From: a virus
Taxonomy: Duplodnaviria; Caudoviricetes
IMG/VR virus record: IMGVR_UViG_3300006639_000010
Coordinates: 1-44,291 of that record
Reading direction: 5' to 3' (one strand)
Length of the DNA stretch: 44,291 nucleotides
The position numbers and the translations under genes are program-made. Below, one piece after another: positions 10,319 to 20,581 of this stretch. Each line of letters opens with the position of its first letter. The stretch's first letter is position 1. The notes below the pieces were generated by a model. The model made no database searches, had not been told where the DNA came from, and worked only from the letters and a program-made list of their open reading frames with translations.

Positions 10319-10965
10319 CAGAAGCCTCCATTCCAGTACCGTCTATTCCATCCGTAGGGATAACGAGTAGCGGCATCGGAATTAGCCAATAGGTTTCTCC
10401 GCTTGTCGGAGATGTCGTTTGCCTTGGCTTTGATCTTACTGAGCTGCTCTTCCTGTGCCAACAACTGATCGGTGATTCTGTCACCCTGTGTCAGCATCTG
10501 GTATCGACGCATTGCACTGGCAAGGATTGCACGTTGAGTTGTGGTATCTAGTTTCTCCCACTTGAGCAAAGCAGTAATGCTTACCCAATACTCTTCGGTA
10601 TCAACCCACACATCAGTCTCATCCGTCATGTTGTATAGACGGGGTGGATTGGTTTCTGTCGCTCTTGCCTTGATGAGAATACGATCCTCATTATAGTGGA
10701 CAGATTGCAAGGATGCCTCAAGGACACCCTCATAGTCATTGTTTGGATAGCCAAGAAGAATGTGTCCATTTTCGTCTGGTTCAATCTTCTTGGTGAATTT
10801 GTTTTCTGCGATACCTCGGAGCTGATGCTCAAGGCTGTGCTGGTCTAGCAGAAACTCTGCAATACCAGTATCAATGCCTGATGCTTCCTCAAGGTCGGCA
10901 ACCAAGCTTTCCCCTGCACTAAGCATCATCATGTTAACTGCGTCTAGCTTTGATAAATATCCCAT
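10318..10965 (-). CDS. Tail tubular protein A (T7 gp11-like)
   Basis: SKLDAVNMMMLSAGES matches the gp11 L.AVN..L..IGE motif; AAAGGA SD before ATG 10965; follows capsid and terminator. Confidence 0.9.
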   Translation of the reverse strand: MGYLSKLDAVNMMMLSAGESLVADLEEASGIDTGIAEFLLDQHSLEHQLRGIAENKFTKKIEPDENGHILLGYPNNDYEGVLEASLQSVHYNEDRILIKARATETNPPRLYNMTDETDVWVDTEEYWVSITALLKWEKLDTTTQRAILASAMRRYQMLTQGDRITDQLLAQEEQLSKIKAKANDISDKRRNLLANSDAATRYPYGWNRRYWNGGF

Positions 10966-10994
10966 AGATGATTCCTTTCTGTTGGGGATAAATG

Positions 10995-11027
10995 AAAAAC
11001 CCACTCCCCCACTTAAGGGGGAATGGG
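10995..11027 (-). terminator. Rho-independent terminator after the capsid gene (T-phi equivalent)
   Basis: Minus strand CCCATTCCCCC-TTAAGT-GGGGGAGTGGG followed by TTTTT. Confidence 0.85.
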
Positions 11028-11141
11028 CGTATACAACCATATGCTGGGGCACATGGAGGAGATTTCTGATCACCGCAACCCTTCTGGCTAAAGTCTTTGT
11101 AAAACTAATGCAAAGAATTACGATTCCCAAGTCTAGTTTAT

Positions 11142-12431
11142 TTAGACGTATGGGAAGCCAGTGCCTGCGGTTACTACGAACTCTGCGGTCATGCCAGTGA
11201 GGGCACGAAGTTCCTTACGAGCCTGAAGAGCCTCGGAACCACCAGTATTTGCCGCGTCGCATTGAGTTACAACGTTGCTAGCATCGCTAAAGAGCTTACC
11301 AGTACCATCTACGAATGCGCCAGTGTTCGATGCGGTTGGACCGACAAGAACAGCTGCACACTCTGGACGAAGAACGCCAGTACCAGCCATCATGCTTGCA
11401 ACAGTGAAGGTGGTGTTGCGACGAACGTCATCAACGGTATCTACCTTTAGACCCTGAAGCTTGAGAGAAGCTACGCAACTCTTCTGGAAGATGAGACCAA
11501 CGATACCAGCATTACCAAAGGTGAGGTTGTAACGGGCTTCACCAATGCCGCTAAAGTTGGATACTGGAAGGTGATTGCTCTTGATGATGGTAACACCCAT
11601 GTACTGAAGAGTGTCGGTGAGGTTGTTGAGACCCTGGGTAAGAGCCGCACCAAGACCACCAGCTTGAGCAACGCCGCCGAACATTGGCTGCATATTCTGA
11701 GCAGAAGCTAGAGTATTTGCAACACCAAGAGCACGGATGTCCTGGAATGCGCGTGGGGTGACGGCGAGGTAAACGCCATCGGTTGGAGCGTTGATGGTCT
11801 GGAGGTATACAACGAAATCCTCACAAGCCTTGAGTGCCTCAAGAGCAGCTGTAGCTCTTGCAGTCTGGCTTGCGGCTGCGTTGATAGTCGCACCAAGATC
11901 ATCAAAGTTTGGTGAGAGGAATACTGGACCAGCTGGAAGTGCACGAGGATCGCTAGTTAGGGTTGGCTCCATTGCAGCACGGGCGATATAAGCAGCAATC
12001 TGCTTGTCGCGTGCATTAGCAAGGGTTAGACCAGCCTGACGTGCGAGTTCTGAACGGAACTCCCACTGGGTCTGCATGAGATCGACGTTGTCGATTTCGA
12101 AGTGAGCTGCGATTGGACGCTTGTCAAGCTTGACGGCAAAGGTGGTTGATGCCGAATCTGTGGAACTACCGACGAGTTCCTGACCAGCTTCCCATGCAGC
12201 CTTTAGTGCAATGGTACCAGTTACTGGGAACTCCATTGAAACGCCATTGCTGATTACGCGAGACTCAACGAGTGACTCAAACATGTTGTACTCGTCGTAT
12301 GCGTGAATGGTTTCGCCGCTCCAGATGCTAAGCCAAAGCTTGTTTGCACCTGCGAGTGGACCTGAAAGACCCGCTGCTACATCTGTTCTATAAACTAGAT
12401 CACTTGCTGCTAGATCGCCTACTGTTGCCAT
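11142..12431 (-). CDS. Major capsid protein (T7 gp10-like)
   Basis: LWLSIWSGE, R.ISNG.S..FP.TG, LANARD..I, G..IIKSNHLP, G.GVLRPECA; follows the scaffold gene. Confidence 0.93.
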   Translation of the reverse strand: MATVGDLAASDLVYRTDVAAGLSGPLAGANKLWLSIWSGETIHAYDEYNMFESLVESRVISNGVSMEFPVTGTIALKAAWEAGQELVGSSTDSASTTFAVKLDKRPIAAHFEIDNVDLMQTQWEFRSELARQAGLTLANARDKQIAAYIARAAMEPTLTSDPRALPAGPVFLSPNFDDLGATINAAASQTARATAALEALKACEDFVVYLQTINAPTDGVYLAVTPRAFQDIRALGVANTLASAQNMQPMFGGVAQAGGLGAALTQGLNNLTDTLQYMGVTIIKSNHLPVSNFSGIGEARYNLTFGNAGIVGLIFQKSCVASLKLQGLKVDTVDDVRRNTTFTVASMMAGTGVLRPECAAVLVGPTASNTGAFVDGTGKLFSDASNVVTQCDAANTGGSEALQARKELRALTGMTAEFVVTAGTGFPYV

Positions 12432-12444
12432 AATTTATTTTCCT

Positions 12445-13341
12445 TTATCTTAGATTATTGAAGTTTGTTCTAGACATCCGTAACTCTACGGCTTGTCTAA
12501 ATTTTGGATCATTCTTGAAGCGTGGATCCGAACGCTCTGTGTAGAACTCAGCCTTGCTTCCATATGGTAGGGTATTAATTGTGTTTGCGGTACCCTGACC
12601 TACGGTCTTTCCTGTCTTGACTGGTTCATTTGCGGTAACTTTGGTAGCCAATGAAGACTCATACTTGGTCTTCAGACCCAATAGTGTTACCTCCCAAGAA
12701 GGTGTTGCCAGCGAAGCGTTGACCGTAGCTTGCTCCTGAGGAGTCAAGTTCTTACTAGCCCAATCGAATACGCGGGCAAGAGTATCCTTGCCACCTACTC
12801 TATTGGCTGCTTCTGCATAGGCATTCTGCAAGCGAGCCTTCTGTCCCTGCATAAAGTCATCAATCACGAAGTCTGGTACGCCTAGTCGTTCCTTGATCGC
12901 CTTACGAGAATCGTCTGATAGATTGCCGTTAACGGTGAACTCGGTCGAATACTTGGACCACTCTTCCTGAGTAAGTACCTTTGCTGCTTGCGAAGCGGGT
13001 GTCTCCGTAACTACTGGCTTGTCGGGAATACGCAGTTCCTCTGGAATCTTTGGAACTGGGGGTTCCACAGGTTGCTCCTGAGCTGGCTTCTCGACAACTG
13101 GTTGTTGCGGGATCTGCTTCTTTAGATTTGAAATTTCCTGTCGTGCCTTGGTGTACTCACCTTGCGCGGACTTAAGTGCATTGAACCAATCACCGACTGA
13201 CTTGAAGTTGTCGGGTACTGGTACACTATTTGCGTTTACATAAGTCTCGAAAGCCTGCGCTTCGCGGGCAATGACGGGATCCGTTGTAACCGCAGATTGT
13301 TCCACCTGTGGTGGAGTCGTTGGTTCTTGTGTGTCTGACAT
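12445..13341 (-). CDS. Capsid assembly scaffolding protein (T7 gp9-like)
   Basis: VGG.D....F.WA..NL and C-terminal DPRFKNDPKFRQAVE motifs. Confidence 0.88.
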   Translation of the reverse strand: MSDTQEPTTPPQVEQSAVTTDPVIAREAQAFETYVNANSVPVPDNFKSVGDWFNALKSAQGEYTKARQEISNLKKQIPQQPVVEKPAQEQPVEPPVPKIPEELRIPDKPVVTETPASQAAKVLTQEEWSKYSTEFTVNGNLSDDSRKAIKERLGVPDFVIDDFMQGQKARLQNAYAEAANRVGGKDTLARVFDWASKNLTPQEQATVNASLATPSWEVTLLGLKTKYESSLATKVTANEPVKTGKTVGQGTANTINTLPYGSKAEFYTERSDPRFKNDPKFRQAVELRMSRTNFNNLR

Positions 13342-13342
13342 T

Positions 13343-15043
13343 TTAAATTCCTGAGATTGAATTAATTATTGGTCTGCTGTCTGAGAGGTACCAAAAACCT
13401 CTTGATGTACTGGAGACAGTTATTGTTTCTGTAGTAGAGCCAGCTGTAATATTTACGCTGGTTCCTCCTGTACCACCAATTATCTGTGGCGGTACGGTAA
13501 CTCTCCACATCTTGGATCCTAACAAGGATCCGCTACAGATTCTTCCGCCACTAACAAAACCCTTTTCATGTACTTCCTTGAGGGGAACAAGATCACTGGC
13601 AGTGGTATGATCCGCTGTAGTATTGGAACATGCTTTGAATGTTCCGTTTTTACTTAGTGCTCTTAGTTCATGTAAGCAATCATGTAGTGGTTGCGTGGAG
13701 TTGAACTCTCCTTGGAAATAGGCAAATGGATTACAGCCACTCAGTGCGGCATGAAATATCATTTCCTTCCAATAGCGTTGATCAATATGATATCTGACGT
13801 TGTCTGTTGTGTCTGCTGGGTTTCTGACGTAGACCTTGAATGGTCTGCCGACATTAGCCCGAATGACAGAACGAAGACTTTGCATATCCATTACAAAGCC
13901 CTGATAGGCTAGGTTTGCATAAGCGGTAACGCCAGCTCCTGGGGCTTGTAGTTGGAAGAAATCCATTTCCGAAACTGGTGAGGATTTAAAACCCCAGTTT
14001 GCAGCTTGATCGATGGCTCCGTATAGAACGGGACAAGGAACAACCTTTGGAGATGTGTGCAACAATCCACCAAGAAGACCATAGTGAGTGTTTTCGTTTC
14101 TTAGAAACTTCCACTCTGAGTGTGTGTTATTGTAGGTATCGTAGTTAGAGTAAGTACCTGTAAACCAAGGCTTGGTTAGCACTGGTTTAAAAATTCTTTC
14201 TACTCGGTGAACTTCAGATACCTGTCTTAGTGCCTTTTCAAAGGCATAGTAATTGTTGGGTACACCCCAAGGAAGCATGAAGTTAATTGGAGAAACACGA
14301 CCAAACCAATCTGCCATGATTGTTGTGTGTGTTGCGGTTGTTCCTGTTAGGCTTAGGAAAGTTTCTTGAACGATGTTTGCCCAACTTTTACCTCTAAGCA
14401 TATCACCGTGTGTAAACGTATCTGTAAACCGTGAGTCTGTAACAACTGCTTCAATAAGACGTGCATCTCCTGGAGCTTCCCACGCTGCTAGGGTACCACC
14501 AGTTAAACGGTTTCCACCTAGACTCCATGCAGCATGACTCTCATAGTCATCTATGATGTCTACAAAGTGTGCGTTGTTTTGCTCTACCCCATTTAAATAC
14601 GCTGCCCAATAAGCAGCAGCTTCTGAAGTCTGTGTGTTGGTGGAGGTAGCTGAAAACTGAAACGGAGAGTCCCAGTTAGTAGCACCTATCTGTACTTTAG
14701 TCTCTACATTATTTCTGTAGTTTGTAAAGTTATCTAAATCTCTTCCACCAATACCATCGTCTTGTAGATAGTTGGGAAATAAAACGCGCCGACTACTTGG
14801 CTGTGCTCTTAGTGCGGCAAAGGAATCTTGAATTCCAGTTGCCAGCGTTGGTAGGTTTGTGTTATCTAGCGTTCTTCTTCTATTGGTTGATTCAATCATT
14901 CGTATCATTGGAACAATTGAACGACTTGTAGAAGTTATTCCAGTTGAATCCCAGCAAGCTCCCCACACTGAATAACCAGTAGCGTTTTCTATTGCAACAT
15001 TTGCGGTATCATGTACCGCAGGATTATAAATAAGTAAAGGCAT
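13343..15043 (-). CDS. Hypothetical 566-aa protein inserted between portal and scaffold (possibly glycoside-hydrolase-like)
   Basis: Long clean ORF, aromatic-rich, IIDDYE and YWKEMIFHAALSG segments; function inferred only. Confidence 0.6.
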   Translation of the reverse strand: MPLLIYNPAVHDTANVAIENATGYSVWGACWDSTGITSTSRSIVPMIRMIESTNRRRTLDNTNLPTLATGIQDSFAALRAQPSSRRVLFPNYLQDDGIGGRDLDNFTNYRNNVETKVQIGATNWDSPFQFSATSTNTQTSEAAAYWAAYLNGVEQNNAHFVDIIDDYESHAAWSLGGNRLTGGTLAAWEAPGDARLIEAVVTDSRFTDTFTHGDMLRGKSWANIVQETFLSLTGTTATHTTIMADWFGRVSPINFMLPWGVPNNYYAFEKALRQVSEVHRVERIFKPVLTKPWFTGTYSNYDTYNNTHSEWKFLRNENTHYGLLGGLLHTSPKVVPCPVLYGAIDQAANWGFKSSPVSEMDFFQLQAPGAGVTAYANLAYQGFVMDMQSLRSVIRANVGRPFKVYVRNPADTTDNVRYHIDQRYWKEMIFHAALSGCNPFAYFQGEFNSTQPLHDCLHELRALSKNGTFKACSNTTADHTTASDLVPLKEVHEKGFVSGGRICSGSLLGSKMWRVTVPPQIIGGTGGTSVNITAGSTTETITVSSTSRGFWYLSDSRPIINSISGI

Positions 15044-15045
15044 TG

Positions 15046-15708
15046 TTATGGTGTGTTGAATTCTGAAACCGTAATAACAAAGGTATCCAACAATGTGTTT
15101 GTTGTTTTGTTAGTTACTGTTATTGTTGAGGTTGCTAGTGTAGTAGATCCTGGCGTTCCAGTAAGACTACCAAGGTATTTTCCCTTTAGTCTTACAAAGA
15201 AACCAACATCGACTAGGAATGGAATTGTTCCATTTACTTTGGTATATCCATCTTGATCTGGTGATATACTAGAATTAGTTGGAACAACTGCTACACTTTG
15301 TTTTGCATAGAGATCAACCAAGGGATTTGAAGAAGTAAATGTCAACAAAACAGGAGCAGTGCATGATTGTAATCTTTGCTGTGCTCCCACGTAGTTTAAG
15401 AGTCCATCTTCTATACTGAGGTTATTATCTACCCAGTTTGGCAGTGAAGACGGAGTCAATACAAACGTTGAATCCAAATAGATCAAGTTCTTATTAAGAT
15501 CTGTTAATCTGCTGGAAGCAAGTAAGTTTGCGCCATTCTTAATCAGGATTCCCTCAAGTGCTTCCCGTGCATTAGTCAAAGTAGTATATCTACCAACCAT
15601 CTGGCTTTTGTTTACAACCAAAGTTGTTTCTGTTCCACTGATATAGAACTCAACATACTGAACATTCTTCAGGGCTGGATTACTGGCGGCTGATGCTCTG
15701 AATGTCAT
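15046..15708 (-). CDS. Hypothetical beta-rich protein (possible head decoration)
   Basis: ATGA overlap with the portal stop; Thr/Val-rich Ig-like C-terminus. Confidence 0.6.
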   Translation of the reverse strand: MTFRASAASNPALKNVQYVEFYISGTETTLVVNKSQMVGRYTTLTNAREALEGILIKNGANLLASSRLTDLNKNLIYLDSTFVLTPSSLPNWVDNNLSIEDGLLNYVGAQQRLQSCTAPVLLTFTSSNPLVDLYAKQSVAVVPTNSSISPDQDGYTKVNGTIPFLVDVGFFVRLKGKYLGSLTGTPGSTTLATSTITVTNKTTNTLLDTFVITVSEFNTP

Positions 15709-17303
15709 TGCATTCCTCCCATCATTGCCTGTAGGTCAACACCCTGTAGTGCTTGCTGAGCCTGTGCCTGTACGGCAGGTGACTGCAGGGCAGTCGTAGC
15801 GGCGTTGCCCGCTGCCTGAGCCATGCTGGAGCCGATTGCCCCTGCGGTGGTCTGGGCGGTCGCTTGCTGAGCCTTCTGAGCCTGTTGCTGGAGCTGCATC
15901 TCGCGTACCTCTTCCTCGCTGCGTACCCACTGACGTGGATCGAAGCCAAGAGAAGTGATTAGCTGGGAAGCATAGGCATCCCATCTGAATGTAGATACAG
16001 CTTCGGGTGGTAGGTTGCGAACCATCTCACCCAATTGCATTAGCTTCTGTAGATCTGAGTCACGACTCAGTGCCTGTAGACCAGTGATGATGTGGAGATC
16101 CAAGGTACCATCTTCTGAGAAGAACTGTTCCTCTAGACCTTCTTCAAGCAATCCATCATTGAGCATCTGTACGATGCATCTCTTTACGATTGGTTCCATA
16201 AGTGTTCTTGCAATGGAGCTAAAGGCACCACCTAGAACAGTCTCTAGTTCCGAACCAATCATTCTCACAGCCGTAGCGGTAACGCGATCACCTGATGGTA
16301 TAGCCTGACCAGTCATTAGGAATGCCTGACCAATCTCCCGTCTCATGTTCTCGACAGCCGCTGATGCTGCTTGAATCTGTGGATTCATTGTTGCAGCTGG
16401 AGAAATGGTGAAGACATCCTGCTGCCGTGCGGCAACGAATGCACCGTTTCTCTGAGTTGCAATGTCATCTATCTCGGTCACACCATTGGGATCAATGGCA
16501 ATCCAGAAGGAACTTGAAGCAGCAAGACCTTCGATCTGTGACTTGGTGTAGGACTCCAGAGACCTAAGGTCTCCAAGGATATCCTCGCAATGTGATCTAC
16601 CATAGTTCTCTCCAGGGATAGAGAACCAACGTAGGATTGCAAATGGCGGTACAATGTACACACCATCACTGTGGAGATCACCGTTGGCATGTTCCTTTCG
16701 GTAGTACCAGTGACCTTCATCATCCTTAATGTACTGACAATAGTATGTGCAGTACCCCTGACGGTATTCGATGGATGACTGATCGTAACGAACGTCATCG
16801 GGATCGACTACCTCGTACTCTAGGTGAATCACCTCGATGACCTCACCCATGATGTTTCTTTGGACAACGTACTGATCCAACCGATAGTTGGTATAGAAGT
16901 AGTTGTCATCCATCATCATCAGGACATCGCCTGTGATGATTAGATTCTGCAGTGCCTGATATACTGATTCGCGTAGGTTGGTCGAAACCATCTTACGGTA
17001 TACCTGATATGCCACTGTCTCTAGATACGAATCAACCTCTTGTGGTGCAAAGGATCCATCCTTCAGGGCGAACCTGAAGAACGGTGCATCATTCAGGGGG
17101 ATCAACGCACTAAGCATTCTGCTAGCCAAGGATGTTACTCCACGGCTAGCTACACTGCTGTATGGTTGTGGCAAAGCCCGTCCTTCATCCCAAGATTCGG
17201 GAGGAAGAATGGTTGGTATGGTCAGCATTGAACAGTACCGCGCTCTATCTAGCTTACTTGTACGGTTGCCATCTAGGATGCGATATCGTTCTTGTAGAAT
17301 CAC
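15705..17303 (-). CDS. Portal / head-tail connector (T7 gp8-like)
   Basis: TIP.I.P, SRGV.SLASRM..AL.P...PFF, GENYGRSHCE, RVTATAVR...ELE..LGG.FS. Confidence 0.93.
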   Translation of the reverse strand: MILQERYRILDGNRTSKLDRARYCSMLTIPTILPPESWDEGRALPQPYSSVASRGVTSLASRMLSALIPLNDAPFFRFALKDGSFAPQEVDSYLETVAYQVYRKMVSTNLRESVYQALQNLIITGDVLMMMDDNYFYTNYRLDQYVVQRNIMGEVIEVIHLEYEVVDPDDVRYDQSSIEYRQGYCTYYCQYIKDDEGHWYYRKEHANGDLHSDGVYIVPPFAILRWFSIPGENYGRSHCEDILGDLRSLESYTKSQIEGLAASSSFWIAIDPNGVTEIDDIATQRNGAFVAARQQDVFTISPAATMNPQIQAASAAVENMRREIGQAFLMTGQAIPSGDRVTATAVRMIGSELETVLGGAFSSIARTLMEPIVKRCIVQMLNDGLLEEGLEEQFFSEDGTLDLHIITGLQALSRDSDLQKLMQLGEMVRNLPPEAVSTFRWDAYASQLITSLGFDPRQWVRSEEEVREMQLQQQAQKAQQATAQTTAGAIGSSMAQAAGNAATTALQSPAVQAQAQQALQGVDLQAMMGGMQ

Positions 17304-17620
17304 AGCGGCTTCTCCGAACTAACGCCCTTACCCAAGGCTTCATAGAATGAAACCTTCTTGAGATCGGACTTCTTTTCGGTTGCTTTTGATTCCTCAATCA
17401 CGGCTTCCTCAGCCTGATTGATCTCGGCAATTCTGTTTGCCTCTTCCTGAGCCAAGCGTTCCCGTTCTGCACGGGCTTCCTCTTCACGCCTACGCTCATC
17501 TTCAAGAGCTTGCGCTCTTCTGTTTGCTTCTTGCTCCGCTTGGAATTCTCTTTCTTCCTTGAGGAGTTGTTGTCTTTCTGTATATGACATGCCACCGTCA
17601 ATATTTGGTGTACCGCCCAT
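17300..17620 (-). CDS. Small virion assembly protein (gp7.3-like position)
   Basis: MGG start, charged helix, immediately upstream of the portal; ends EKPL. Confidence 0.6.
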   Translation of the reverse strand: MGGTPNIDGGMSYTERQQLLKEEREFQAEQEANRRAQALEDERRREEEARAERERLAQEEANRIAEINQAEEAVIEESKATEKKSDLKKVSFYEALGKGVSSEKPL

Positions 17621-17629
17621 AGGTTCTCC

Positions 17630-18391
17630 TTATAGTGGTTTCTCTGTGTATGATGCCCCACGATAAGCGGAAGCTTCCGCAGCCATGAGTGCTTGATTCT
17701 TTTCTTCTAGGAATCTAGCTCTGGCTTCTTCGTTTCTCTTTGCTAGGGCAGCTTGCTCTGCGTCAAATCGTGATTGGTATGAAGTATATGTCTGATTAAT
17801 ATCGTCATAGTCGAACTGATTCCTCATCATCTGATCCGCCTCCTGCGCCAACAGGAAGCGATTGCCACGCGCAGAGGTATCACCTTTGATGATATCTTCG
17901 TATGACTTTCGCTTTCCTGTTGCATCTAGGATTCTGCCAAGTACAACGGTTTGTCCTTGGTTGTATGCGGAATCCTTGGCATAGGCAAGCATACCAGTGT
18001 TGGCCACGTTTGGTCTGTACTTAGTACCGTACAAACGTTCCATATCCTCGACGGTCTTGGCTGCTTGGAATGCATCCCACTCAGCCATCAGTGGATCATT
18101 GGATCCTGTCATGGCCTGTTGCTTGCGAAGTTCGATGTTCTTGTTCTGAAACTTGTCTTTGTAAACAGCGTCTCTATAGGCAGAGAGGTATTGCTCTTCT
18201 GCCCTAGCGAATCTGTTGTCCCAAATGTCCTTCCACTTCTGCATCTCCTTAGCGGATTCCTGCAGTTTCTTCTGATACCCTGCGGCGGTATCGCGGTAGA
18301 AGGTACCAAGACTTCCAAGCTGTTCTTCTTTGAACTGCCGATTGCGAATCTTGGCAATTGCCGCATAGTTACTAGCCTGGGTTCTGTCCAT
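17630..18391 (-). CDS. Helical hypothetical virion protein (gp6.7-like position)
   Basis: 253-aa ORF with AGGAG-type SD; ends EKPL. Confidence 0.6.
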   Translation of the reverse strand: MDRTQASNYAAIAKIRNRQFKEEQLGSLGTFYRDTAAGYQKKLQESAKEMQKWKDIWDNRFARAEEQYLSAYRDAVYKDKFQNKNIELRKQQAMTGSNDPLMAEWDAFQAAKTVEDMERLYGTKYRPNVANTGMLAYAKDSAYNQGQTVVLGRILDATGKRKSYEDIIKGDTSARGNRFLLAQEADQMMRNQFDYDDINQTYTSYQSRFDAEQAALAKRNEEARARFLEEKNQALMAAEASAYRGASYTEKPL

Positions 18392-18575
18392 TAGCCTTCT
18401 CCTGTAGTCTGATTATGTTCTCTAACTTGGAGATAACGTCCAGCTTCCCAGCTAAATGAGCCAACTGCCTAGCCAGTAACTCACTGGTTTGATTTGGGTC
18501 GTAGCTTGGTTGCTGAACCCATTCCTTCATTATCGGGATCCAGTCTGGATCTAGATACGGATACTTTGAGTTCAT
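18372..18575 (-). CDS. Small hypothetical protein
   Basis: 67-aa ORF coupled between RNR and the virion genes. Confidence 0.55.
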   Translation of the reverse strand: MNSKYPYLDPDWIPIMKEWVQQPSYDPNQTSELLARQLAHLAGKLDVISKLENIIRLQEKANGQNPG

Positions 18576-18702
18576 TGATTTCTCTTTCTAGTTCTTTTAC
18601 ACAGGTGGCAAGTTGTCTTGCCAAACGTCCAAACTCTGGACCAGTCAAGGGAAGACCCTTGTCTAGCTTTACCTGTAGTGTTGGTTCGATAATGTCTTTC
18701 AT
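18481..18702 (-). CDS. Small hypothetical protein
   Basis: ATGA overlap with the RNR stop; coiled-coil segment; overlaps the next ORF. Confidence 0.45.
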   Translation of the reverse strand: MKDIIEPTLQVKLDKGLPLTGPEFGRLARQLATCVKELEREINELKVSVSRSRLDPDNEGMGSATKLRPKSNQ

Positions 18703-20579
18703 ACGATTGTGCAACCTCCTGCTGTACAGGCTGGCTCATGTGCCGCCTTGGTTGTGTCTTCTGCTTCATAGAAACGAAGCATACTGAAGTCTACGTCTAC
18801 CTTTGGGAACTGAAGATACTGCTCTTCTGTGATCTCCTCAAAGGGTGCTTGCTGGTAGGTATGCTCTGCCTTGGGCAAGAACGAAACACCTGAGATGCTA
18901 TCGAACTGCTCAAATACGGTCGCGCCAAGACGCAAGAACTCTGCGTCTGTATAGTTGATTGTCACTGAGGGCTTGTGCTCGCAGTAGTAATCAGCGTATA
19001 TTCTCCACAGGATGAGATGCGTCTCTGCATCTAGATCCTGAGTAGTCTTAGCACCTAGCGGTGCCATCATTGGGAATGAGAACACAGCGGTAGAATCTGG
19101 ATTCATAACGCAGTCCTCAACAGGAACTCCCTGATCCTTCATAAGATGGTACAGGGGATCCTTCTTGTCGAGACGAACTCGACGGATATAGTATGGTGCA
19201 TACTGGGGGTGTAGACCTGAGGCACAGCCAGCTAGACAGCTGGTGGTTCCCTCTGGCTTGACACATGTGATTGATGTAGATGGTTCGGTGTCAATCTTTG
19301 CAGCCCATCGGGTATTGACTTCCTGAGCCACAGCCCGAAGATCCTGTAGGAACTGGATCAATTCATATGGAGACTTGCGTCCACATGTGAACGAGTTGTC
19401 GAAGATACCAGTCATGCTTACACCAAGCAGTCTCTCCTGCTCACAGTTTTCCTTCCATTCCTTGCGGAGATAAGGAAAGTAGGTGAACTTGGACTGCACA
19501 GTACCAAGGATCGTAGCCATCTCAAGCTTGCGTCTAATGTCCATCTTGCTATCGTGTTCACGAATGACGATGGTTGATAGATTGCAGAACTCAAGAGGAC
19601 GTAGGATGATCTCTGAGCATGGGTTGGTACCCAAGGCACAACCATCTGGGATGGGTCGTGCTGATCGATTACATACAGACTCAAGTGCCTGTCTATTGAG
19701 GATACCACGCTCTCCACTGAAGGAATTATAAAGTGATGTCCACTCCTGCAGGAACTTGCCCATGCTTGGCTTCTCGGTATAGACCGCAGAGTTATTGGCA
19801 AGGGCACGATAGGAGTGATTCTCCCACCAGTTACCTGACTTAGCTGTAGCCATAGACTGATCGTCAAGATCACTGAGGGAGATCATCGCTGAGCGACGAA
19901 CACCACCAACAATGACTGACTGAGCAATGACACAGCAGATGTCGTGACACTCTAGGGTAGTAAGTCTGCGACCTCTAGCCTTGTAGAATGTGTTGACAAT
20001 AAACTTGAAGACAGCCTCTAGTGGACCAGGTCCGCTAGCTCTGCCTCCGAATGTCTTAAGTCTTGCACCTGCTGGTCTGACCTGTGACATATCCCAAGTG
20101 GGATGGATGCCACCATATAGGTCAACCAATAGATTCTTAAGTGAATCGCACCAACCCTCACGGGAATCTGGTACGATGATCTTGACGGTGTCGGTGCGGT
20201 GGATTGAGGATGGAACAACTGGTAGCTTGTCTACGCAGCGTCTCTCCACAGAATAACCAACACCAGTACCACACATCAAGATGTACTGTAGTTCGGCAAA
20301 TGATTCAACCGAATCAATCTCAAGATAGCTACAGTTATACAGAGCAGTGTGATCACGATCCAAAGCTGGACCTGCAGTCATCAATGCTCGCATACTTGGG
20401 AAGACCTCCCGATTAAGGACAGCCTCCTTGATGTCGGGTCTCTCTAGCAGTGCGGGTTCCTTGGTGGAGAAATAGTTCCACCAACGATCCACGGTTTCCT
20501 GCCAAGTTTCACGACGATTCTCTGCTTCGATCCATCTTGAGTATCGACTCAGAGCAATAAAGTTCTCAAACGTATTCAT
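18699..20579 (-). CDS. nrdJ: Class II (adenosylcobalamin-dependent) ribonucleotide reductase
   Basis: PSMRALMTAG, YNCS, GGVRRSAMISL, TNPCSEI, KPEGTTS, C-terminal CTAGGC; no small subunit gene. Confidence 0.93.
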   Translation of the reverse strand: MNTFENFIALSRYSRWIEAENRRETWQETVDRWWNYFSTKEPALLERPDIKEAVLNREVFPSMRALMTAGPALDRDHTALYNCSYLEIDSVESFAELQYILMCGTGVGYSVERRCVDKLPVVPSSIHRTDTVKIIVPDSREGWCDSLKNLLVDLYGGIHPTWDMSQVRPAGARLKTFGGRASGPGPLEAVFKFIVNTFYKARGRRLTTLECHDICCVIAQSVIVGGVRRSAMISLSDLDDQSMATAKSGNWWENHSYRALANNSAVYTEKPSMGKFLQEWTSLYNSFSGERGILNRQALESVCNRSARPIPDGCALGTNPCSEIILRPLEFCNLSTIVIREHDSKMDIRRKLEMATILGTVQSKFTYFPYLRKEWKENCEQERLLGVSMTGIFDNSFTCGRKSPYELIQFLQDLRAVAQEVNTRWAAKIDTEPSTSITCVKPEGTTSCLAGCASGLHPQYAPYYIRRVRLDKKDPLYHLMKDQGVPVEDCVMNPDSTAVFSFPMMAPLGAKTTQDLDAETHLILWRIYADYYCEHKPSVTINYTDAEFLRLGATVFEQFDSISGVSFLPKAEHTYQQAPFEEITEEQYLQFPKVDVDFSMLRFYEAEDTTKAAHEPACTAGGCTIV

Positions 20580-20581
20580 GC

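Noticed and set aside
10965-11215. The -1 frame is open from the last about 23 capsid codons into tail tube A, suggesting a 10A/10B-style frameshift fusion
   Set aside because: No slippery heptamer, the frame crosses the terminator, and gp11 has its own SD and ATG at 10965
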